DNA of 63,342 bases from Octopus bimaculoides (GCF_001194135.2 NC_068997.1:4954207-5017548), one strand, 5' to 3'; numbered from the stretch's first letter, positions 1-12,895 are shown. The notes: generated by a model from the letters alone, not told the origin. Numbers and translations are program-made.

Positions 1-149
1 AACTTGGAGTACTGAAAATCAAAGTGTTTCAGCTGTAATGTATTAAAGAAAACTCTACATTTGTATTGAGTTGTGTAATTTATTGCTTCTCATGAATCAG
101 TAGAGATTTATGTATATATCTTAAGCAATGAACACAAAAAGAACACAGG

Positions 150-620
150 AGGAACAAGTTTTAACATGTATTAGTTTAATGCTTGGAAGAGGGAGACCAA
201 AGAAGACATGGGACAAAGGACACTGAACTTTACAGAGGAGATGACAAAGGACTGAAATATCTGGCACCTTACTATACTCAAGGAGACTGATACTCCACAG
301 CAGAAGTGTAAATACCTTCCTCTTGCTGAAAAGGATTGGCCTGCAAGACCTCTGTGCTGGAACTATGTAAAAAGTACCAGTGCTGGCACAATGTAGAAAG
401 CACCCGTGCTGGTGCCATGTAGTAGCATCCATGTTGGCATTACATAAAAGCACCTGTGCTAGTGCCATGTAGAAAGCACACTCTAGAGAGTGGTTGGCAT
501 TAGGAAGGGCACCTAGGCATACAAAGCAAGCCAAATCAGACTGGAAACTAGTGCAGCTCCCTGCTTGCCAGTTCTGGTCAAATTGTCCAACCCATGCCAG
601 CATGGAAAACAGATGTTAAA
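150..620 (+). mobile_element. RTE-clade LINE 3' remnant (end of ORF plus 3' UTR tail)
   Basis: ggaagagggagaccaaagaagacatgg encodes GRGRPKKTW. It is followed by the tail (gagtggttggcattaggaagggc...aacccatgccagcatggaaa) shared with the RTE copies at 23.6k and 51.4k. Confidence 0.7.
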
Positions 621-1153
621 GGACTATGATGATATATATATATATATACATATATATATAGCAAATACATATCATCCAGAAGCTAACACCATAATGCATT
701 GTGTGTGTATACATATACATATACATATATATATGTGTGTGTGTGTGTATTACGTAGAGTATAGAGGCATGGCTGTCTGGTAAAGAGGTTCACTTAACAG
801 CCACATGATTTCAGATTCAGTTCCATTGTGCATCACATGGATGAGTGTCTTTCTACTTCAGCCCCATGCCACCCAAGGTCTTGGGTGTGAAGTTGGTACA
901 TGGAAACTGCAAGCACACACACACACATACACATATATAAGCTCATATATGTATGTGGGCTTGTCTGAGAAAATATCACTGAAACTGCTAGAAATAGCAG
1001 CCATATATCACCTTAATATATATTAGAAAAAAATGATAGTGAACAATGAATTTTCTGTCTTTGATCATTGGTCTGCTTAATCAGGGCCGACCTGGAGCTA
1101 CAATAACAAGTAATGAACACTAATTAGGAAAGAAAAGAAACATTATTTCTTAC

Positions 1154-1242
1154 TCTTGCAGCTGATTTTGCCGATGGTTCAAGTAACTGCTGACGGTATT
1201 TTGCTAGTTTGGCTTTCAGTAAACCCAAATGGTATTCGGTGG
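1154..1242 (-). CDS. DRG2: Developmentally regulated GTP-binding protein 2, coding exon 2 (A)TEYHLGLLKAKLAKYRQQLLEPSAKSAAR
   Basis: Near-identical to the DRG2 N-terminus (ATEYHLGLLKAKLAKYR, as opposed to DRG1 ATAHHLGLLKARLAKL). Acceptor ttttttctctag and donor gtaaga; phase 1 matches exon 1. Downstream exons fall outside the window. Confidence 0.95.
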
Positions 1243-1295
1243 CTAGAGAAAAAAAACAGACAGAGAAAAGATTTATTATAAGTCATAATCATTAG

Positions 1296-1590
1296 ACGCA
1301 GGTGTGGCTGTGTGCTAAGAAGTTTGCTTCCCAACCACATGGTTCCAGGTTCAATCCCACTGTGTAGCATCTTGGGCAAGTGTCTTCTTTGGTAGATGGA
1401 AACTAAAAGAAGCCTGTTGTAGTCCTTTGACTGCAGCCATGCTGGAGCACTGCCTTAAAAGGTTTTTTAGTCAAGTACTTATTTTATCGCTCTCTTTTGC
1501 CAAACCACTATCTTACGGGGGATGTAAACATATCAACTCTGGTTGTCAAGTGATGGTGGGCAGACAGACATAGACACAAAGACACACATT
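1296..1590 (+). mobile_element. tRNA-headed SINE (family A) with its 3' module inverted
   Basis: The head ggctgtgtgctaagaagtttgcttcccaaccacatggttccaggttcaatccc has A/B-box-like motifs. The second module reads in the opposite orientation to the copies at 2.5k, 9.3k and 36.5k. Confidence 0.7.
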
Positions 1591-2509
1591 CTGCTAAAAT
1601 GAATTCACAAGCACACATATAACATCCAAAGGTACATCATTTTTCCTCTGATGAAATTATATTCATATCACACAAATGTAAATTTAATGAGTATTAACTA
1701 AAATAGCTGTAAGTGAAGATGACCAATTTGTTGTAAATAATAAACAATTATTAGCTTCCTAATCTCCATTTTCTTTTCTTGTTTTAAATGAATATATATA
1801 TACAACGGGTTTCTTTCAGTTTCCGTCTACCAAACCCACTCACAAGGCTTTGATCGGCCCGAGACTATAGTAGACACTTGCCCAAAGTGCCACATATTGG
1901 GACTGAACCCAGAACCATATGGTTGGGAAGCAAGCTTCTTACCACAAAGCTATGCTTGGGCTAATATATGCATAACTCACATATATACATACATACACAG
2001 ATAAACACACACATGTACAAACATATAACAAGTCTCTTGCAATTTCCATTCTTTTAAATGGCATAAATTGGCCTGGAGCTATAGTAGAAGACATTTAGCC
2101 AAGATGCCCCACAGTGGGACAAAGCCCAAAATCACATGGTTGTGAAGCAAACATCTTAACCACACAGCCATCCCTTAAGTCAATCTATTTCTTGAAGTAT
2201 TTTTACTTTTTAATCCATCTCTTCAATGCTCTGGAAATTTTCAACTGCTGAGGAAGGCATGTACTTGGTGATGGATGTCTGTGTGTGACAATTTTAAAGG
2301 TAATGAACTGTTACATATACACACACCTTTCATATATAGCTTTATCATTGGAACTAGACTCTAGAACTTGGTCTAATGCTGAAGATTCCTCAGATAATTT
2401 CCCATCAAGTAAGTGAACCAAGCTAAGTTAGAATAAACTGCCTGGCACCAAAACACAAAATACCTTGAGTGGATTGGCTCATGATCCACAAGGAGGAAGT
2501 CAAGTACTT

Positions 2510-2702
2510 TTTATTCTTTTATTTGTTTTTCATTTGACTGCAGTCATGCTGGAGCACCGCCTTTAGTCGAGCAAATCAACCCCAGGACTTATTCTTTGTA
2601 AGCCTAGTACTTATTCTATCAGTCTCTTTTGCTGAACTGTTAATTTACAGGGACGTAGGGACATCACCATGGGTTGTCAAGCAATGGTAGGGGGACAAAC
2701 AG

Positions 2703-2761
<59 letters not shown>

Positions 2762-2913
2762 ACGGGCTTCTTTCAGTTTCCATCTAACAAATCCACTCAC
2801 AAGGCTTTGGTCGGCCTGAGGCTATAGTAGAAGACATTTGCCCAAGGTACCACGCAGTGAAACTGAACCCAGAACCATGTGGATGGTAAGCAAGCTACTT
2901 ACCACACAGCCAC
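2510..2913 (-). mobile_element. tRNA-headed SINE family A, full length, with internal (TA)n
   Basis: Reverse complement of the 9337-9712 copy along its whole length. Confidence 0.85.
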
Positions 2914-5230
2914 TTTGTCTAATTCTATACAGTAAGATTTAACCTTAGTGAGATTTTAAGTCAGAACATAAAGAGCTGGACAGAAAAAATAAATACCACG
3001 CAAGTTTTTCAAAATCATTTTAATGATTTTGCCTTAACCCTTTTGATACCAAACCACCCAAAACTGCCCTTGACTTAATGTTACAGATTATAGATTTTAA
3101 AGTGATCAAAATTAAAACTTATTAAAATTTCAGGTTATATTATGTTCCATGTTATATTATGTTAATAAAGGTGAAATTATTATACCAGGTTTCTCATTAT
3201 TTTTTAAATTAACTGAACGGAAAACTGTGTATTTTAGCAGAAATATGGTAACAAAAGGGTTAAATTGTTTCAAATATTGGCACAAGGTCAGTAATTTTGG
3301 GGGAGGGGTGAGTTAATTACATCAATCTCAATACTTGACTTGTACTTTAATTGTATTGACTCTAAAAAACTGAAACACAAAGTTGACCTCAGTGGCATTT
3401 GAACTCAGAACATAAGACAGAAGAAATGCTGCTAAGCATTTTGCCTGGTCACAAACTGTTCTGCCAATTTGCCATTTTAAATGGCTTTAAACTGAACCCA
3501 GTACTTGACTGGTACTTTATTTTATCAATTCCAAAAGGATGAAGCATGTAGTTGACCTCAACAGAATTGAAACTCAGAACATAAAGAGCCAGAAGAAATG
3601 CTAGTATTTTGTCCAACATGCTAACAATTCTGCCAGCTCACCCTCTTAGAAATTATAAAGCTAAAAATAATAAAAGTGATAATTTGATGATGATGATGGT
3701 AATGGTGAAGATGATCATGACAATGATAATGATGATGATGTTGATAATGATGGTAACAGGGATGATAATGTATTCTTGCTAGGAGGAAAATTTGACGATG
3801 ATTTTTAGCAAGTTGAGTAACCATGTAGAGGCGCCATTAATGGCTCAACTAGTCTGCTCATATTATGAGGTGGGTCAGTCAATAAAGTACATGAAGGGCA
3901 AGGCTGACACCAATGGGACTGAGCGGGAGTAATTGAGAAGAAAGAGGTGATGACAAAATGTCAGAGCAACTCAGGATACAAAGTGAGTATAAGAGAGGAC
4001 ACAGACAGTGGATGAGAGATCCATTCTTTAGTCACTTTCCATCAGAGAATGAGATCTGATTGATTATTATTATTAGAGACGATGTAAGGTTGGGAGATCT
4101 CTTTAGTCTTGCTAGAAACAAGACCTCTATAGTGTTGGGGCCACAAATAAGTGCACATTGTACAAACTACGCCAAAACTGAGACATTGAAGCAAATTGTT
4201 GGATCCTATCAAACTAACCCATGCCAGCTCGGAAAACGGACGATGATAATGATTATTCTAACATAGACACTTGGTCAGAAATGTGTAGGAGTGGATACAC
4301 CATGGAGGTCGATACTTGACAGATACTTCATTTTATCGATTCCAGGGGGGTGGAAAGCTAAGTTGATTTTACTTAAGGCATTCCGTTCTCCGTTCTAATC
4401 GACAATTGTTCCAATAAGGATATTTCTTCACACTGACATCAACGCACATTTCTAGGGGAACGATACAATGAACAGAATCAACATGACTGGTACTTATTTT
4501 ATCGACCCACAGCGGAATGAAAGATAAAATCTACTCTGGTGGTGTTTGAATCTAGAAAATATGGCACACATGCCAAATACTTAATAAATGCCGACGACGA
4601 GGAATTGTAGCTTATACACTTGCTTATTAGTTTCAGTGTGGACTGGCCATGCTGGGATACACGTCTGCTTCTTTCAGTAATTGAAATATTTCCAAATTCA
4701 ACAGACATCATTTGTTATACGTTTATTGAATCTTGAGATCGAATATAGCCATTTACGGCAAAAACAAAGAATTCTTCGAGAAACGAGGCATATTTTGAGT
4801 TAAGAATACATACGATAAATTTTGATTACATTAAATTTGCTTCGGGAATAGAGTTCTTTATATTTTCATCGCGTTATATATATATAAACTACACAAATTC
4901 AACTAGTACAAAAGAATCAATATTCACATACAAACGGACAAGTAATCTGTTACTTTTTATTACTTATTTGTAACAAAAAAATAATTAACATAAAGTTATC
5001 AGCTTCTTTAAAATCTAATCCGCAAGAAAATTACATGAGGTTGTTTGTCTATCATAGGTGTATATTTATTCAGAGAAAGTTTTTAATTCCCACAGTTAAA
5101 ATACAAGATAACCTGTGTACATAAGGCAGTGTTGTATATGCATGTATTTCTTAATGTGTTTATGAGGCTCTCTCTCCCTCTCTCTCTCTGTCTCTGCGAG
5201 TATGCGTGTGTGTGTGTAAATTTTACTTAC

Positions 5231-5294
5231 CTTTATTTTTTTGAGTCCGAGAGATTTCTCGCTCAATTTCTTGTATTTTTTCTAAAATACCCAT
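5231..5294 (-). CDS. DRG2: DRG2 coding exon 1 MGILEKIQEIEREISRTQKNK(A)
   Basis: ATG at 5294 in the context aacATGG. The 64 nt (21 codons + 1) end at donor G|gtaagt. The peptide matches the DRG2 start MGILEKI.EIE.EI.RTQKNK. Confidence 0.95.
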
Positions 5295-5774
5295 GTTGGT
5301 GGTTCACCTTTTTTTTTTATTTTATTTTATTCACTATAGGCTAAAAAATGGTAAAAGAAATGTCTAGACATTAACAGATATCGCATGGAAAAGACTGAAA
5401 AAGAAGAAAACTTATTTTCGACATTTCATCGCAGCAAATAATTTCGGAAGTTCATCACGAAATGCGGTCGATACTAATTTTATGGCTCGTCTTGAAATTT
5501 TACCCCGGATAAAATATTCAGTGGCTTATTGAAATAGAATTTGAAAACCAAAGACTGAAAAAAAAATTCCTTTAATGCAATTTTACTGTGACTGTTATAT
5601 ATAAGTTGTGTATATTCATTACTATGTATTTGCCACTTTTAGTGATTTGCCAATTCTTCACACTCAACTCTTTAATTCTATTGCATGATGGTGGACATTA
5701 TTAAGTATGCAATTACTCCTTAAATTTTGGATGTGAAGCATATTTTCTCTCACACGTTGACCGATTATCTGCCT

Positions 5775-6006
5775 AATACTTATTGTATCGATCTCTTGCT
5801 GAACTACTAAATTATGGGTGTGTAAACACACCAACAGCGGTTGTCAGGCAGTGCTGAGGACTTTCAGTTTCGGTCCACTCATAAGGATTTGGTCTAACTG
5901 AGGCTATAGTAAAAAAAAAACACTTGCCCAAGGTGCCATGCAGTGGAACTGAACCCGGAACCATATGGTTGGGAAGTAAGCTTCTTAGCCCACCGCCACG
6001 TCTGCG
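5775..6006 (-). mobile_element. SINE family A, internally deleted copy
   Basis: Contains cacttgcccaaggtgccatgcagtggaactgaacccggaaccatatggttgggaag, the reverse complement of the family A head. Confidence 0.75.
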
Positions 6007-6046
6007 ATTACACATTAGTAGTATGTAGTTAGAACATCTGTACTCT

Positions 6047-6475
6047 CAAGGCGGCGAGCTGGCAGAAACGTTAGTACTCTGGGCGAAATGCTTAGCGGTA
6101 TTTCATCTGCTGTTACGTTCTGAGTTCAAATTCCGCCGAGGTCGACTTTGCCTTTCATTCTTTCGAGGTCGATAAATTAAGTACCAGTTACGTACTGGAG
6201 TCGATGTAATCAACTTAATCCCTTTGTCTGTCCTTGTTTGTCCCTTCTATGTTTAACCCCTTGTGGGCAATAAAGAAATAAGAAACGTTGGCACGCCGGG
6301 CGAAATGTTTAACGGTATTTCGTCTGTCTTTATGTTCTGAGTTCAAATTCCGTCGAGGTCGACTTTGCCTTTCATCTTTTCGGGGTCGATAAATTAAGTA
6401 CCAGTTGCGAATTGGAGTCGATCTAATCAACTGGACCCCTCCCCCAAAATTTCGGGCCTTGTGCCTGGAGTAGAA
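6047..6475 (+). mobile_element. tRNA-related SINE family B, two tandem units
   Basis: The unit ...gaaatgcttagcggtatttc...gttctgagttcaaattccgccgaggtcgactttgcctttcat...gtcgataaattaagtaccagtt occurs twice with a B-box-like GAGTTCAAATTCC. Many degenerate copies occur elsewhere in the window. Confidence 0.75.
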
Positions 6476-9258
6476 AAAACGAACATCTGTAATTCTACTT
6501 GGCACACTATATTTTCTCCCGCTCCCCTCACCGCTCTTTTAGCTCAGGACTCAACACTCATAAGAAAAACATGAAAGAAGATAAAGACTCCAGAAAACCA
6601 AATAATGCATTTGCAAAAAGTAAGATAAAGAAAGAAATATTGATATAAATATCAATAAATTAAAAATTTAATGGCTAGAATTGTGGGTAACTTGATGGTT
6701 CTTGGCTACCAAAGTCAATTTAGGAAAGTGCAAATAATAATTGTTTATTATGAGCACAAGGTCTGAAATGTGGGTGGTGCAGGAGGCTAGTCGATTACAT
6801 CAAACTCAGCACTCAACTGGCCCTTTATTTTATCGACCTCTGAGGGATGAAAGGCAAGGTTGATCTCGATGAGGTTTTACTTTCTGAACACAAATCACAA
6901 CGAAGTCAACTTTACTTTTCGTCTTTTCTGAGTCGTGGCGAGGCTGTAAGAACGTTGGACTGGCTGCCTTCCAGTATTTGTTTTGGCTTACTTGAAAGGT
7001 AAAATGAACTAGTCACCCCATTTAACAACGGCACCAAATGCTGCAAGCATTCGGCCTAGGCTTATAATTTGAATGCACCTTCGTCTCTTTCTCCCTCGCA
7101 ATAATGGGTCATAGCATTGCTTTCTCTCCTGACAAAAATATTAAAACAATCGTCAACATTGTTGTCAGGTTGGGTTGGGCTAAATTTTAAAGAGGAACAT
7201 TTAGTATGGCCATCGAGTTGTTGCCACTTGCTAGACACCGTTTTTATTTTTTCATTTTTATCTAGTACACGTAGACGGAATTATCTCTGTCTCTACATAA
7301 CTATTTGACGTATTAAAATAGCAAAGCACACTCCAACTTTTTAAACAAGCACACACTTGATAACATAGTCCAGGATACACTACTTTGGAAGAAAGGTTAT
7401 GGCTTGAATGATTTTGATTGTACATCTACATGATAAGAGCCGCCCCGAGAACTAAACAACGAGACCAATTCTAAAACAGTGTCTCATTTCAGATCAGAAT
7501 TACCGTCATAGTTATATTACGAAGATGATTTTAAAGATAAACACACGATCTATGAGATGAGATCAGGCATGTGATCGAGCATATTTATGATCAAAGGCGT
7601 TCCACATATGACCAGCAGTTTCTTTTTTGTTTCTTTGTCTTTTTTTTTCTCTAGCAGTGTATCTCAGAATATATGTATGATTTAAAGGAGGTTTAGTTAC
7701 TGTTTCTAGTAGAACGACTGACTGTGTAGAGACTTGATTCTTCATACTTAAATATATTTAGTGTCATGAATGATTAAAAAATAAAGTTAATTATCAACTA
7801 AGTTCGTATCACTAATTAAACTGTAAAAGTAAGTTGACAAGAAGCATCGGTAGATTTTACCGATTTTTGGAATAACTATCATTTTTATGTGTGTATTTAT
7901 ATTTGGATGGAGGATTCGTTCTGGACTCTTGAGTCTCGTGTCTGGTCCCATAGTGGGGAGGAATTTCAACCATGTTTCGTGTCTGCTACCACAACAGCTC
8001 CTTTATAGGATCCAGTTAGCTCAAGACATCATCAGGAGGAACCACGTCCGGTTCCGGCCCCTATTCCTCTACCGTTTTGACGTAGCGCCCCCCCCCCCTT
8101 CGGAGGTGTCTTCAGCTCTGGTGTTGGGTGTACTGATGTCGCTCCTTTACACATGGGAGACTACCATTTACGGGCATCATGTAAGGGTCGTTGAACGCTT
8201 CCATTTGATACATTCTGAATGTTGGCTGGTCCTTGCGGACTAGACACGGAGGTCTTGAAGGGAGTGTTAACGTCCTGGACTCTGAGGTGTTGGTGCCCAA
8301 GCACTGATTACGTTGATTTGATCGGAGGCTCACTAAGCAGATGATATAAGGTGAAGTTGTTTATGGAAATTGTCCCCAGCAGAAACCAAGACTGCGATTT
8401 AAGGATTGTGTAAAATCCTCGTTGAAAATATGTGGAATATGAGGGGTCAATTGGGAAAGCAATTCTTATCATCGCCACCAAAGGAGAAAAATAAAAGGAG
8501 GAGTGAGCGATTTCGAAAAGGCATGAATATTTCATGGAAAATTTAAGCAAACTGCTCGAAAACGCACCGCCAGTGTAGTGCATGGGGAAGACTTGGTCTA
8601 CAATATCTGAAGACCTGTATGTTTACCAAGAGCTGGACTCTTTAATTACCAGCAGAGCCACAAGTGCAAACTATAAATTTGCTTGAGTGCACAATGTTCT
8701 TAATGGTCAATGGGGATCTTCCTCGATCACGAGTGGACAGTCATTGTGTATGCATGTATGTGAGAGAACAAGACGTGTGTATATATGTATGTACGTACGT
8801 GACCTCGTGTATATAGGTATATGTGTGTGTGTGTATGTATATATGTGAGTGTACGTCGGCTCTGTATATGTGAACGTATGTCAGCTGCATTAGACAGTAT
8901 CCTGCATAATTATATTTTAATTCACTAATTAGAAAATTATTGAAATAAACCAAACGAGTTTTATTTACACTGTCTTTGTTGTCATTTATTACCGATCGTT
9001 TGTTTAATTTCCTATTGAATTCATTTCAGTTTATTACTCTTCGTCTGCCATTTTATATGTACAAAGTTTAAAAGATCACCACATGCACACAATTATTAGT
9101 TTTATTACACTCACATACAAAGAAATGCAAGCGATGTCACATTCACGCGCACTCTTCACTTTATAAATGACACTGACTCATTGGCTATACGACATAAAGG
9201 TCTAGACGGCATAACACGAGAGGAATTTTTTTGAAAAAATAGATCATTTGTAACACCT

Positions 9259-9317
9259 GGCCGAATGTTTCGCTTACAACTTAAAATTCGTTTAAGATGC
9301 AAGTGAAACATCCGGTC
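9259..9317. other. 59-nt imperfect hairpin (27-bp stem, 5-nt loop)
   Basis: ggccgaatgtttcgcttacaacttaaa-attcg-tttaagatgcaagtgaaacatccggtc; on the + strand it has 3 mismatches and 2 GU pairs. Confidence 0.75.
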
Positions 9318-9336
9318 AAGGGGAAATAAATGTTAT

Positions 9337-9712
9337 AGGTGCAGGAGCGGCTGTGTGGTAAGTAGCTTGCTTACCAACCACATGGTTCCGGGTTCAGTCC
9401 CACTGCATGGCACTTTGGGCAAGTGTCTTCTACTATAGCCTCTGGCTGACTAAAGCCTTGTGAGTGGATTTGGTAGACGGAAACTGAAAGAAGCCCGTCG
9501 TATACATGTATATATATATGTGTGTTTGTCCCCCTAACATCGCTTGACAACTGATGCTGGTGTGTTTACGTCCCCGTAACTTAGCGGTTCAGCAAAAGAG
9601 ACCGATAGAATAAGTACTAAGCTTACAAAGAATAAGTCCTGGGGTCGATTTGCTTGACTAAAGGTGGTGCTCCAGCATGGCTGCAGTCAAATGACTGAAA
9701 CAAGTAAAAGAG
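9337..9712 (+). mobile_element. tRNA-headed SINE family A, full-length reference copy
   Basis: Head ggcgcagg/ggctgtgtggtaagtagcttgc...ggttccgggttcagtccc, internal (TA/TG)n, and 3' module ending gactgaaacaagtaaaagag. Confidence 0.85.
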
Positions 9713-9849
9713 TATCCATCCATCAATTCATCCATCTATCCACCCATCCATTCCCCACTCATGGATGCTAGAAGCCCTTCAACTTGCTAATGTTCCAGTG
9801 AGAATAGTCAAAGCCATAGCTGACCAAACTTCATCGTGGGCCACCATCT

Positions 9850-11650
9850 TAAAATTAAACACATAGGGTGGCTGTATTATTACCGACAGAATACAGTATC
9901 GCAAAGTTATATTCCAAGGAGACAGCATCTGTAAACCCATTGTCATTCATGTTAAGGAAGTCTGAAGGAAGGCTGTCTCACTAGTTCACAAGGAAACAGA
10001 AATACCAAAATTACACACTGTTTCTTTGTGGATGATGACTTAAAACTCTATGTAAATAATATGCATGAGATGAAAAAGAGCCTTGACCTAGTTACAACAT
10101 TCTCAAAGGATGCAAGGTTGGAGTTTGGTCAGGATAAATGTTGTTATATGGTAGTGAAGAGGGAGAAAACTATAAACCAGACTAGTAACATCTCCATCAA
10201 TGATTTGACTGTTTCCCTGTATCTGATGTTATAGATATCTAGAGGTGGATGAAAATATCTTACAATAGCACCTGTAACAAAACATGTGTCACTAAAGAAT
10301 ATTACAGCCAAATGAAGAAAATTTGGACCTCAGAACTCTGCATTCAATAAAACAATGGCCCACAATGTATTTACAGTGCAGTACTCATACCAACATTTGG
10401 GTTGCTTGATGAGATCTGAGTCATTGATGTAAAAACCAGAAAAATATTTATAAGCACACATAATTTCCACATAAACAGTGACATAGACCACCTCTACCTA
10501 AAATGAAAACAAGGCAGCAGAGGCTTAACATCGATCCAAAGTGCTTTTGAATGTTGTATCATATCCTTTTGGCAACATCTTTTAACCACCAAATGTCGAA
10601 GTGTATCCCTTGACCAAGTTTGCATACACGAGGCAGATAACATCATAAGACTTGGAAGGCAGCTCCTTGAGCAACGCTCTTTGTCTGATAACCTAGAATA
10701 CATACCCAAAGAAGTCGCACGGCTCTACCACAACACATCATCAGATGAAAGGCTGAGCCTATATGAGCAGAAGACCATGCATTGATATGTTGGTAGAAAG
10801 CTCCGTGATGATAGTAAAATTGATCAGCAAAGCAGTTTATCATGGACTAATAGCCAGATTACTAACTCCCACTTTGAGGGGCAGGTATTTACAATCCAGG
10901 AACAACAAATATCAACCAAGAACCTAATGCACAAAAGGGATAGAGATGCAGGAAAAGCTGTGAAATGTGACAACCGATGCAGACTTTGTGGAGTTCACAC
11001 TGAAGATATCACCCACATCGTAAGCAGTTGTCCGAAAATGTCATCACAGGNNNNNNNNNNNNNNNNNNNNNNNNNNNNNNNNNNNNNNNNNNNNNNNNNN
11101 NNNNNNNNNNNNNNNNNNNNNNNNNNNNNNNNNNNNNNNNNNNNNNNNNNNNNNNNNNNNNNNNNNNNNNNNNNNNNNNNNNNNNNNNNNNNNNNNTGTG
11201 AAATGTGACAACCGATGCAGACTTTGTGGAGTTCACACTGAAGATATCACCCACATCGTAAGCAGTTGTCCGAAAATGTCATCACAGGATTATCTACCAA
11301 TGAGACATGATGTTGTAGCTAGAACACTCTATAATGAAATCCATTGGAAGAAATAAGAACCCACAATATGGTAGAAGCCATAGCCACTCATAATAAAAAG
11401 GAATACTGGTGGAATGTCCCAGTGAAGACCTCAATAAAATGTAAACACAACAGACCTGATATAATGATTTGGGATAGAGAAAAAAAACTGTGCACAGTTG
11501 TGGAAATTAGCTGCCCAGCGGATGTTAACATAAAACTGAAGATCAGTGAAGCAGTTACTCTATCTAGATTACAAGTTCAGATTTATACCTGAAATTATAC
11601 CGTTGTTGATGTTGAAATTTGAATGAAGGAGACTTGGATCTAGGTTAGAA
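9850..11650 (+). mobile_element. Degenerate non-LTR retrotransposon with restriction-like endonuclease (R4/Dong-like clade)
   Basis: Fragmented frames give an RT motif (FQGD at about 9910; VDDDLKLY...LEFGQDKC), a CCHC knuckle CRLCGVHTEDITHIVSSC, RHDVV, and NRPDIMIWDREKKLCTVVEISCP (PD-(D/E)XK RLE). Many stops and frameshifts; spans an N gap. Confidence 0.85.
11051..11196. other. Assembly gap. Other N gaps: 23285-23583, 50531-50777, about 53997-54142, 55104-55433, 62720-62872
   Basis: Runs of n, mostly inside LINEs or microsatellites. Confidence 0.99.
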
Positions 11651-12446
11651 ACTGGTTTTTTCTCTATTGGTATGAAATCTTGAAATAAACTGAATAATGA
11701 CATACAGACATACATTCTGTAAGTGAAACAGTAAAAATATATAGGACTTTTCTCAAGTTTAAAATGTGACATTGTTTCCGTCATCTACATTCCAACGATG
11801 GAGCTTTGTATCTTTGTTAAAAACTAGCCTCTTCCTCAAAGGAAGAATTCAGATAATCAAAAACAGAAGAGAGACATACATACGTACAGCCACCAAATTA
11901 ATAAGAAAAAAGAAAGGAAAACACAAAACGACCAGATTTTGTGTGGAACCAAAAGAAAAGACACTCTTTGATGGATATCAGCAGCCCTGTGGACTTCAAT
12001 ATAGTATTTAAAAATACACACGAAAAATACATCTATGGACCTTTGATAAGAAGTTTGCATATCCAGTAGCCAAGGTACACTGTCAGCTTCGTGTCTATTA
12101 GTATGGGAGCAACAAAATACATAGCAACATATCTGGAGCAAAGTATGGTTGAACTGGAGATCTTCGTAAGAGAATGCAAATTTTTAATTTATACGCTACA
12201 AATGATCACAATATCTGGGAATGTAAAATCTCAAAGACCTCCTTAAGATTTAAAGAATGATGGTTAAAACTCGATACTTTCCTTCACAACCTTGCTACCA
12301 AGCAAGTGGCCAATCAAAATTTGCTCTAAATTAAAAAGAGACAGAGAACAAAGAACACACACACACACACACTACATACATACCTACATCAAAAGCCATC
12401 CATTTCTTTTATAGAACGCGAAACTTAATGAAAAGGTAAATTTTAG

Positions 12447-12895
12447 GGTACTTTTTGGTTATCTCACCCCCATTAAAAAATTGCTATTAAAAAATTGGGT
12501 TATCCCTCCCCCAATAAAAAATAGAGTTAATGTGGTGACAAGAGATTGGATAAAAGAGTTAGATCCTTTTGATTTAATACTTCAACACATTGTTGACGTT
12601 TGGCCCCCTAAATAGGAATGGTATGATTTGATATAAAAATGTTATCAGATTAATTTTTTCAGTTTTCATGTTTATTAATTTTTTCATTTCTGTATGATTT
12701 GTAAAAATATTATCAGATTCAAAACGATGTTTCATCTATTCACTTTTCATGTTTATTAATTTTTCCTTTTTTTTTTCTTATTGAGGGTTAAACAATTTTT
12801 TAGTTGAGGGAGATAACTAAAAGTACCGATATTTCTGGTAAAACTTTGGGAGATAACCTAATTTTTTAATGGGGGTGAAATAACTAAAAAGTACC
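12447..12895. mobile_element. MITE with GG-starting TIRs and an 8-bp TSD (Merlin-type), 235 bp upstream of the ERI2 ATG
   Basis: Left ggtactttttggttatctcacccccattaaaaaatt; right aattttttaatgggggtgaaataactaaaaagtacc. Flanks aattttag / aattttac (7/8 match). Confidence 0.8.

Noticed and set aside
7960-8060. CTGATGA...GAAAC ATG GTT on the minus strand as another hammerhead
   Set aside because: The base of stem II is out of register and stem I gives only 2 bp.
9337-9410. tRNA-like heads (also about 2850, 6100, 22820 and 57130) as tRNA genes
   Set aside because: No complete cloverleaf or acceptor stem; all run into SINE bodies.
10959-11288. Identical 92-bp sequence on both sides of the N gap (apparent tandem CCHC duplication)
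   Set aside because: Perfect identity abutting a gap is best explained by unmerged overlapping contig ends.
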